This document shows positions 13,983-23,650 of a stretch of 64,000 nt of DNA, in pieces. The DNA comes from Camelus ferus (lineage: Eukaryota), in contig NC_045707.1 in assembly GCF_009834535.1 (NCBI RefSeq), positions 46,564,001-46,628,000 on the forward strand. Reading direction: 5' to 3'. Within the stretch, counting starts at the first letter, position 1. Every line of letters begins with the position of its first letter. A model generated the notes under the pieces. It worked only from the letters and a program-made list of their open reading frames with translations, had not been told where the DNA came from and ran no database searches. A program made the translations under genes and the position numbers.

Positions 13983-14315
13983 CAGGGGTCAGCAAACTAC
14001 CAGCTGTGGGCCAAATCTAGCCTGCTGCCTGTTATTTTGAATGGCCCCCCAATCTAAGAATAGTTTTTACATTTTTAAATGGTTGAAAAATAAATCAAGA
14101 GAAGAATATTTTGTAACAAGTGAAAATTATACAGGAAATTCAGATCCTGTGTCCACAAAATTTTATTGGAACATCACTGTGCTGGTTCATTTATCTATTG
14201 CCTATAGTTGCTTTCACACTTCAGTAGCAGAGTTGAGGCAACAGACTCTGTGTGGCCTGCAAAGCCTGACATATTGATGATCCGACATTCACAGAAAAAT
14301 TCTGCTGACTTTTGC
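13983..14315 (+). mobile_element. hAT-Charlie DNA transposon fossil, MER58B-like
   Basis: Starts caggggtcagcaaactac...gggccaaatctagcctgctgcctg and ends ...aaaattctgctgacttttg (degenerate terminal inverted repeat). Confidence 0.75.
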
Positions 14316-15294
14316 ATAAGAGCATTGGTCAGAGAGGTGGAGTGGGGATTGCTGGAGTCAAATCTCCCTCATCACTCCTCTGAGGAGAGCCCTCCATGTA
14401 ACTATTGAGTAAACAGTCAAACCTGTATAAGAATCAACTACAGAAACTGTGAAACATACATCACAATTCTGTTGGGTTTTGAGACAGTATGTAAGTTAGT
14501 TTTAATTTTTTATCTTGATGAAAATGCTAAGAAAAACTATGAGCACAAGTGATTAAAATCTTACTACTACCATTCCCCTGCTCCCACAAACAGGTTAGAC
14601 CCATGGTGCCTATAAATTGTTCCCCAGCAGACTTTGGGATTTCTGAGAGCAGGTCTCAGTGTTCATCAGTGAAGTGCCACCATATGTTCAAGGAAGACAG
14701 AGGTAATCAAAAAGCTTGAAGTGAGGTAAAGATGGTACCATGCTATTGTGGTCAACACAGTGGTCACGGTGTAGCTCTTCTATTATTCCATTCCACTCCA
14801 AGGGAATCTGCCCACACCACTTACTGGGGACCATCATGGTCTTCCTTCTTCTGATTGGACCAGGGGTCAGTACCTGACCCAAGGGCAACAAATCCCTACC
14901 TTGAACTAGGGCTCATCATCTGGAGTGAAGAGATGAGCTGGTTCCCATCCTATCTCTTTCCTGGCAATTTGAACTAAATAATGTACAAAATTGTTGCCAG
15001 CTGGTAGCAGATGCAGATGGTTAAATGCTGCTGAGAGGTAGAGTGGGGATCAAGTCAGGCTGAAGCACACTCAGGTGGAGGCGGTGAGGGGCAGACGTTT
15101 GAGGGAGCAAAGGTAGCCAATTGGTAGCAGGACGGAGGGAAGCAGCCAGGCTGTCATGGTGATAATGAAACCTCAGAATAAGCATCCATCACACTTCTTG
15201 CTGCTGAGCACCTTCCAGCTGCCTTGAGTCCAGAACCTCCTCCCAACTCTGTATCAGAGAGCCCCATCCTAAAATTATTAATAATTATGATGGT

Positions 15295-15525
15295 GATAAC
15301 AGTAAATACATAGCATTTACTAAAGGTCAAGTAGTGTTCATCCTATACACAGTAACTCCTTAATCCAGACCAAATTCCCACAAAGCAAATAGGGTTCCCA
15401 TTTATAGATAAAGAAACCAAGGCACAGAAAGGTTAAATAATTTGTCCAAGGTCACACAACTGGAAAGCGGCAGCTTTGGTGCCACTGACCTGGCCCCAGA
15501 GTCTGTTCGTGCAGCCACTGCACAC
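15295..15525 (-). mobile_element. MIR SINE
   Basis: cccattttatagataaagaaaccaaggcacagaaaggttaaataatttgtccaaggtcacac. Confidence 0.8.
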
Positions 15526-16025
15526 TGCACAGCACTGCTCCTATCCACTGAATTCCCCATCACCTTATTTGAGCTTGTTTATGTAGATCTCTGTTTTGTG
15601 CCACCAACTGTGCCTGATTAGGATAGAAATTAGTATCAGGTTTGACGTTGTAAAGAGTAGACCCTTGGAGAGAATTTTGGTGTGTGGGACTGGTTCTGAT
15701 ATGCAGCACGGTGGAAGACTCTAGAACTCTCCCCCCACATCCTGGAATGAAACACAAATAGACTGTTGTATGCAAGAGTAAAGGAGCTAATTAAACTATG
15801 ACCTATAGGTTCTTGAGACTCAAATTTTAAGCTCAAAAATGGTGAGAGTTTAGAAGTTTTCCTAGGTATCTCCTTTGAGCAATTAGAAGAAAGTAAGGAA
15901 TATGTGGGTGGTGGAATGAATTGGTTACTTTATTTAACCCTGAGTAAAGCTACAATGAAAAAAAGGGACACGTCTTATCCCAGGTACCTCAGCTGCAATA
16001 CAAGGAAAATTCTGTTGCCTTACAG

Positions 16026-16213
16026 CAGTGGTTCTAAAACCTGAATCGTATTAGAATCAGCTTGAGAGCCTATTAAAACACAGCTTCCTACCCCCCACTC
16101 TCAGAGTTTCTGATTTAGGAAGTCTGATGTGGGGCCCAGGAATCTGCATTTCTAGCAAATTCCCAGATGATGCTGATGCTACTGGTCTAAAGACTACACT
16201 TTGAGAACCACAG
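16026..16213. mobile_element. MER5A-like hAT MITE
   Basis: TIRs cagtggttct...agaaccacag, internal ggggcccaggaatctgcatttctagcaa, flanks ccttacag/tcctacag resembling an 8-bp TSD. Confidence 0.8.
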
Positions 16214-19200
16214 TCCTACAGCATAAAGCCCTTTCCTCTTGGCACTGAAAGGCATAATCACTCAAATCACTCACATTAATAACTTATACCATAGAAGTTC
16301 CAACCATGCTGAGTTTCTAAGGTCAAAGTTAACTCCCAGATTGGCAAGACCAGAAGCCTGGCTAGTCCAGTGAATGGAGACTTATGGGAAGAGCTAGAGA
16401 AGTGGAGGATGCCAGACAGCATAAGACTAGGAAAAAGAGAGGCCCCAACACATCAGACCTTAGACAGTGGTTAAGGGAGTATGAGGTGGCCAGATTCAGG
16501 AAAGTGTTGCTGCTAAGTATAGAAAACATTTCCAACACGATCCTCCAATTGCATTCATTTATTAATTCAACATATATTATTCTTAAACTATTCTTAACAT
16601 ACTATGCTAGGTACTCTGGGTTCAACAGAGAACAAAATGTTACAAGGTTTCTGACCTTCTGGGACTTATATTTTAATTGTGGCCACTAATAAAGACAAGA
16701 GTGCCAGTAAGCCAGACTTAGGATTTAAATCTCTGGATTTAGTTTATGAGCTAGGTTGTATCCACGAATGAAAACCAGGAGGTCTTTCAAGGTCCCATGG
16801 TTCTCTCTGAGGTTGTTTATAAGCCCGCATACAAAGAGTGCCAATACTGTCCACAAATTGACAACTGAGAAACTACAACCCTCCCAGAGTCTGAACTTCA
16901 GGTATTCAAATATGCAGACCCAGAAACTCAGTTCACACTCAAGGATTCTCTGTTCTATTGCCTTATGTCCGCAAATAGCTGATCTCATCAGAGCAGTCAC
17001 AAGAGCCTAGATTGCTCCATGCAGGACAGGACTAACACCAGAACCCAATGTTTGTGGTGCTGGACTGTCCATGGCAGTGTGTTAAAAGCTCAGGTCCTCA
17101 AGAGAGACCATCCAGGTTCTAAATCATCTGCCCTTCACCAGTTGTGAAGCCTAACCCAAGCTCTCTAGGTCTCCATCTCTCATCATAAAACCATAATAGT
17201 AACTACTGTCCTTGCCCCATACGGTGATTATGAGAATCAACCAAAAATAAGGCACATAAAGTGCTTAGCACAAAGCCTGCCATCATAACTATCCAGTAGC
17301 AGTACCTATGATTGCTTTTCCCCACTTTCTAAGTGGGTGTTGAGGTTTTTAAATCCCCCATTGCATATCAGATATGTGTATGGGGGTAAAATTCATCATC
17401 TAGTCTAGAGATTGCAAAGTGGCTAGACAGGCTCGTAACAGAAATTAAAGGAGAAATAAACAACACAGGAAGACTGCGGATTTTGAGGTCAACAAGGCTG
17501 CATTGCCGAGTGGTCCAGGGACGTCACTTCTGCACACAGTGGCGAGAAGTGTCTTGGCTTACTGTCTGTTGGAGAGCATGTGAGTGTTCTGTGGTTGTCT
17601 GCATGACAGTTAAATTATGTCAGGCTTTGGGATTATGTGAGTGAGGAAGAAGGGGGTGTGTCTCCCCACAAGGGATAGAATGAACTAGAAGAATCAGTCC
17701 TATTGGCTAACACAGTAAGAAAATACACCACTCTCCACGTCTGCAGAGAGGGTGGCCACCATGTTTAAAACAAAAGCAACCCCAGGACCCAACTATGGCA
17801 GCCAAACAGTCTGGAACAGTCAGACTTCAAAACTCAAATACACACACTTTTCTACCAGCGTATTGGTGTGCCAACAGTAGCAGGAGTTCAGAGATAAGAG
17901 AAAGTTAAATTAACCTGACCATAATTTACAACATACACTTTTTATGTTAACCTAGCACATAGATATGGTATGGAACAGAATGAAAAAAAAACCACATTAA
18001 GTTTTAAAACACACTTCAAGGGGCACCCTCTAGCCTCAACCCCACATCCTAGGGGAGGTTGGATGCTGCCTCTAATTAGAGGACTTTGAAGGGAAAGTTT
18101 GAGAAGCACCAGAGTGCTGGAAAGAATACAGAAGTAGATATTGCGAGACCTGGGTTTAAGCGGGAGGCTCTGATGCTCACTTGCTATCTTGAGCAAGTTC
18201 CTTAACTGATCTCGAGCTTCCTCATCAGGTACATAGGAATCTTCCTCATAGAATCAACCTTAGACTTGATGAGGGGCTCAAAAGAAACAAAATATGGGGA
18301 AGTGCCATACAAATATTTGTTAGGGTTATCATGGAAGGGCTATAGAAATTGGCTGCCTTGGCACTTCTGCAGGCTGAAGCTAACCTGCTATAGTTGTGGG
18401 AAGGGATTCAAAGTTGGAGGCAAGACAAAAAAAGTAATGGTCCAGTGTGTGAATGGCTGAGTGCACACTCACTGCACAAGCATCTTGTAAATTAATCCTT
18501 AGCAGGAGACGCTGAAGGGAAGAGAATCAGCTGTCAAAAGATAAGAGAACCAAGAAACGAGAAAACACAACCCAGTCACTCCTGTCACTCTACTACGCGT
18601 GGCTGACTGAAGATGGAAAATAAGAGACAGTCATCCAGTAGGAGCAGAAGGCAAGCAAATCTAGCCGCTTGTGCCTTGCTGCCTGTGAATTACTGTTAAA
18701 ATTACTGTGTCTGCTCTAAAGGAATCACTGTAAGCATCTACTGAGACTCCCTCTAGAGTGTTTCAAGTTTTGTCTCCTGTTTTAGGCACTTATAATTCAG
18801 CATTCTTTTCCCGAAACACTGAAAACCTGAAAATAAAATGCAGAACACACACAATCAAATGACATCACTGTTCTGAGAGACAACAGGGGCACACTGATCC
18901 CATAACCCCATTAAATGGGATTGCCACCTGCTATTGTCCTTTCAGTGACAAAATCAGTGGCACCCAGCACAGAGCGCTGTGTACACTAGCAGGCATCAAA
19001 CAAATATTTGTTGAAGTATCTTATCTATCTATTTAATAGGTTAGAAAACTGTCAGCTTTTTTCATCAGAATGACCTTTTTTTTCCCCCAAACCCCTTGAA
19101 ATTCAATTCCATTAAGGCTTTTTAATGCATACGAGCAGTAAGGAATTTACTTAAATGAAAAAAAAAATGCAAAACTCCAAGCTCCCACCTGTGCAGCCAT

Positions 19201-21254
19201 GATACACTATTGTTTGAACCAGAGTATATTATTTAACTTGGATGACAAGCTCAGGGGGTAGAGACCCCGTCTCTCAGAATACACAGCTCTGAGCACACCG
19301 GGAGTTCTCAATAAATAACAGCAGCAAGAAATGCTGTGGAGCAACCTATGTTAATTATTTATTTTTCCAATTCCAGATTTTTTAGCAGCATGTGTTTGTC
19401 CCTTCCTTGATTTACCAATGGGCAGCTAGCTCCCAGGAGCTCCCTGTGAATACGATAAACAGCTCTGACTTTCCCTTCCCCTCATCCCAGTGAAAGTAGG
19501 AACACCTGATTGAGCCATAACGTGGCTCTTGAGTGCATTCAGGGTGCCTGCTGGGTTTGAAAGGCAACTAAGTCCTCCAGGATGCAAGGGGTAGAGAGAG
19601 AGGCAGTCAAGAGAAATGTTTTGGCTCCACACATCTACACAGCTGTCAGATGGCAAAGCTTGGACTTCTACTGTTATCACCTGCTGCGGGCCTCCGAGCT
19701 GTCTTGTCATTAACCCCAGAGACCAAGTATGCCTCAAACTCGACACAAAGTAATATATGGGGGTACTCTCAAGTCTTTCAGCCAAAAAGTCAAAGGCAAC
19801 GATTTTTTGCCAAACTTAAACTATCAGATAATACAGAGCTCATGAAGACAGGTATTAAATATTAAATTGTACTTGTATAGCAAGATGAACACATTTAGCA
19901 GGATGTGTTATTCATGCTTTAACATAATTATATTAGTAACTAAATGAAGGCCTTATGTGTGTGCCCCAGCACACAACTGACGGGCAAGGAGGAAGAAGCA
20001 AATGATCATTCTAAGGGGCCTTGCAAAAGATCTGTTTTTTCTTTCTGGATAATAGGGCTAATATTTGGTAAGATGTGCTCTGGGTGTGAAGGGGAGTGGG
20101 GGTGTCTTTTCATACACTTATAAATAAACCTTAAATCCAACATCCCCTCTATGCTTACACAACAAATGTACCAACGCAACACATTTTTCCAAGTGGAGAC
20201 TTCTCCCCTTCCTCTCTGACGCATTTTATACCAAAACAATGGCAACACCTGTAGCCGTTAATTTCTGCTCTTTGATTTCTGTCCAGTTATAAAGGAGGCA
20301 CTCAGCAGGCTCCCCTCTCAGGAGCCATATGTAGAGTTGATGTGCCAGCAGCCTTGGAAGGAAAACCGCCCCAGAGAAGTGCACAATGGCTCCGTAATCC
20401 CCATCAACTGGACCCTCTTGAACCGCCGCTTTTATTTTCCAGTCAAAGAAATGCCAATCTCAAGAGTCAAGCTGTGGCTGCCCTGGGAACCCAGGGGGAA
20501 CCTCTGCCGTTTGCCTGGTTGGGTGGTGCCTCTGGGCCCCATGAACCAGCAATCTGGAGCCCAGAAACTGCCTGTAGCACTCCCAACACTTTCTCTTGCT
20601 CTCCCCTCCAGGTTAAGCTTTTACCCACAAAGCCACCTCCACCTCTCCAGCCTCTCCCCTCAGCTGGAGACCACAACCATACCCTCAGCAGAGCCACAGC
20701 CCCGCCCCCTTGCACTGGGTCACGCTCAGGGTTCTGTTCCCTCAAGCCTGAGCCTCTGTTCCAGGGTAGCACTGGCCCACGATGAGCAGGCTACCAGCCC
20801 TTCAGACCACATCACACGTGCTGAAGAGGGGCAGAAAGGCTGGGGTGTGGCAAGTCTTTTAGGTTCGATGGCTTCTCTGCCTAGGGCACTGAGTTTGGTA
20901 ACCCTGTTGAGGAAAAAGGTCAAAGCCACAAGCCAACCAAGACCACACACCTGGGGGAGCGACTAGAGGCTCCCTGGAGAGGCTCAAACCCAAACAAGCG
21001 TCCACGTTTGTACAGAGAACGATGACAGTGGGATGCAATCACCAGAGTTTTGAGCCTAACTCCTACCCTTTCCACCTTCCTTTTTACACTCCCTTTGCGG
21101 GCCTCTGGCCGTGCTTTAGGGTAGCCCGAGGTCTCAGAGACCGTCAGGCGGCCACCGGGACCTGACAAATATCAACACGGTCTCCCTCCCCACTACCTCC
21201 CCGGCGGCCCCGCAGCAGGGGCGCTCCCCGCAGCGTCCCGGGGGCAGGACTTAC

Positions 21255-22313
21255 GCAGTGGTTCTCGGCCTGGAAGTCCCAGCTGCAGCTCTTGGTGCGC
21301 GCCTGGACCTCACTCATCCTAAAAAGGCAGAGTGCCGTGGTGGCGGGGGAGCGCCTCTCCTGGCCTTCCCCAGTGGCCGCGCTGAATACGCCCGCCCAGA
21401 CGTCCAGGGCCTCCACCAGGCTGGAGGAGAGCAGCATGCGGCGGCCGTCGGGGTGGCCGTGGCCGCAGTCCAAGGCCGCCTGGCCCTGGAACAGCACCTC
21501 AGAGCTCTTCGCGATGCGCGCCATGCTGGGCCAGCCAGTGGCGGCGCCGCTTGTGTAGTTGTAGGGGTAGTAGGGAAAGTAGACGCTGCCGTTCCAGAGA
21601 AAGGCGTCCACGAAGTGCAGGCTGCCCCCGCCCTCGCGAAGCTTGAGGCGTCCCATCTCCTCCGTGGCCAGGCTGCGCCCCTCAGTGTTCTTGAGCGCGA
21701 TGGCCGTGTCGCGGTCAGAGGCCGCCGGATTGCAGCGGTTCGCCGTCTCGGGCTCAGGCAGCACGTAGGTAGCGGCCACCGCCAGGTACCAGCGGTTCTG
21801 GGAGCCCACGCGGTACACCACGCCGGCCGTCGAGCCCTGCGGGTGACACGACACCACTTCGGTGCCGCTGCGCAAGGAGCTGCGACTCAGATTGCCCAGG
21901 GGTCGCACCTCACAGGCGCCACGATCGAAGGTCCAGCCAGTGAGCAGCAGCCCCCCGAGGTCGGCTGCCCCCTCGCGGTAGGGCAGCAGCAGTTTGCTGA
22001 AGCTGCTCCCTGGCCGGGGCCGCACGGGGGGCGTCAGCGAGACGGGCTCAGTGCAGTTGCCCGCTTGGTCCCGATACAGGCGCGAGAGCCTGTGCTCCAG
22101 GCTGTAGTCCAGCTGGTCCAGGCAGCTGCCGCTCGCCACGAACACGCCGTCCGCCCGGCTTGCTGCGATGGCTCCGATGGCTTGCTCCGACCGCCACACG
22201 GGCTCGTCCGCGCCCCGGCCGGGCGCCACGAGCGCCAGCAGATAGGCAAGCAGGGGCAGCGGCGCGGTGGGGCGCGGGGGACGCGGCGGTGCCTTCCTCC
22301 GGGAGACCTCCAT
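21255..22313 (-). CDS. PLXNC1: Plexin C1 coding exon 1 (353 codons: signal peptide + N-terminal part of Sema domain)
   Basis: ORF MEVSRRKAPPRPPRPTAPLPLLAYLLALVAPGRGADEPVWRSEQAIGAIAAS...SWDFQAENHC matches the recognised plexin C1 N-terminus. It ends at a strong phase-0 donor TGC|gtaagt (plus-strand acttac at 21249-21254). The last 36 aa of the 389-aa ORF are intron read-through. Confidence 0.97.
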
Positions 22314-22347
22314 GGGGCTGCGGGGGCCGCCCCCGGGCAGGGCGCGC

Positions 22348-22371
22348 GGCGGCGGCGGCGGCGGCGGCGGC
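22348..22371. repeat. (GGC)8 trinucleotide repeat, read as (GCC)8 in the 5' UTR
   Basis: Eight uninterrupted ggc units; further runs (GGC)5 at 22400-22414 and (GGC)4 at 22525-22536. Confidence 0.95.
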
Positions 22372-22374
22372 AGC

Positions 22375-22449
22375 TTAGGCGCGCGGCGACGGAGACGCGG
22401 GCGGCGGCGGCGGCTCCTGCGCGCGCTCGGGCTCCCGCGGCCGCCTCAT
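22375..22449 (-). promoter_or_regulatory. Upstream ORF in the PLXNC1 5' UTR (24 aa, MRRPREPERAQEPPPPPASPSPRA)
   Basis: ATG at 22449-22447 (context gcggggATGa) to TAA at 22377-22375; out of frame with the main ATG and ending 61 nt upstream of it. Confidence 0.65.
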
Positions 22450-23439
22450 CCCCGCGGCTCGCCCGGGAAGGAGAGCGGGTAGGGCGGCGCGCGGCGGGCT
22501 CGCTCCGGCAGCCTGTGTAGCAGCGGCGGCGGCGGCAAGCCCTGCGCGCTCCGGCGCCGCTTCCTCCTAGCCCTCCTTCTCCGGAGAGTTCCTCTGTGCA
22601 GCGCTGGCGCTCACGGGGAGGCGCAGAAGGGAAGGGAGGGGACGGGCGGAGGGGAGCGAGGCAGGCGGGGAGGGCTGGAGAGGTTGGGTGCGCTTGTGCG
22701 TTTCACTTTTCCATTGTGAAAGTGGGATGCAACTGGCCCCCTTCCTCATCCTCTTCCTCATCCGCCCTCCGCCTCCTGGCCGCCCGCCCTCCCTCCCTCC
22801 ACGCCCATCTCCCCTCCCCTCTTGATTCGGTGAGATAGGGAGGAGGGAGGTCTCGTAATTTGGGTTACTGTGTAGGTGGCCTCTTTCATCTATTCATAAC
22901 AAAGCTGAGCCGCCTGCCGCTGCCGCCACGGCCGCCACCATCGCCTCTTGGCTCGCCCGGGACTCCCGGGGCGCGCTAACAGTGCACCGAGCTGGCTCCC
23001 GCGCCTGTCCGCCCGCGGGGCTGCTCCAACGCTGGGTTTTGTTTACGAGAGCAGCGTGGGGGATACGCAAGGCTCACTGAACTAGGACCCAGGGCGTCAA
23101 AAGGTTGCAGCTGAGGCTCTAGGCTCGGACCAGTGGGAGGCTGTGCGGGCGGCTGACAGGTGTGGAGTGGCAGTAGGGAGGCCCTGGGGAGGAGCGCGGG
23201 AGACGTGGACACGCCGGAGGCTCAAGGCACCGAGGCGCCCTTGTGCCAGGGGGTGGGTTTCCCCGGGTTAGATGAGTGAGGTGGAGGAAAGGCAGGCGCC
23301 AAGATTCTGGTTCTGGACAATCCCTGGGGCCAGAGCTCCCATATTTGAAAAGGTTCTCTAATCTCCCTTGGCAACGGAGTCCCAGGCTCTCCAACCTAGC
23401 GCTTAGAAAGTTCTACTCATCATCTAACCTGAATGATAG

Positions 23440-23650
23440 TGGCTAACATTTATTGAGCACTTAGCACTTACTGCCAGCTGGGTCCTGTTCTAAATTCACT
23501 ACATAGATTAAGACTCAATGTCCATAACAACCCTATTAGTGATTGTTATCTCCCCATTTCGTAGCGAGGAGAATGGTCATGGAGAGGTTTTGGAACTTGC
23601 CAGGTTCCTACTGCTGGTAAACAACAGAAATGAGACTCGAATTCAAATTT
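23440..23650 (-). mobile_element. MIR SINE just upstream of the CpG island
   Basis: gctaacatttattgagcactt...aacaaccctat...ccccatttc...aacttgccagg...gactcgaattc. Confidence 0.7.

Larger units (their letters stand above)
1881..21254 (-). other. PLXNC1: PLXNC1 intron 1 (~19.4 kb)
   Basis: GT...AG bounded between the two recognised exons; repeat-rich with no other plexin-like coding segment seen. Confidence 0.9.
21130..23270. promoter_or_regulatory. PLXNC1: CpG island covering the PLXNC1 promoter, 5' UTR and exon 1; TSS probably near 22570 (minus strand)
   Basis: Very high GC and CpG density relative to CpG-depleted flanks, GC boxes (gggcgg at ~22644 and ccgccc copies at ~22763-22790), no TATA box. 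TSS position is inferred. Confidence 0.9.

Noticed and set aside
20337..20966. 209-aa plus-strand ORF in intron 1
   Set aside because: No recognisable homology; expected by chance in the GC-rich island shore.
21211..21225. CTCF-like cgcagcaggggcgct at the start of intron 1
   Set aside because: One G short of the core spacing, and such matches are common in CpG islands.
21144..21254. C-terminal extension VSPAPG...VAA of the 389-aa ORF as a secreted short isoform
   Set aside because: Lies after a consensus gtaagt donor, so it is simple intron read-through; the sequence offers no evidence of intron retention.
21258..22520. 420-aa plus-strand ORF antisense to exon 1
   Set aside because: Starts at GTG and is a shadow of GC-rich coding and UTR sequence where stop codons are rare. 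The Ala/Arg/Gly-rich product has no recognisable domain.
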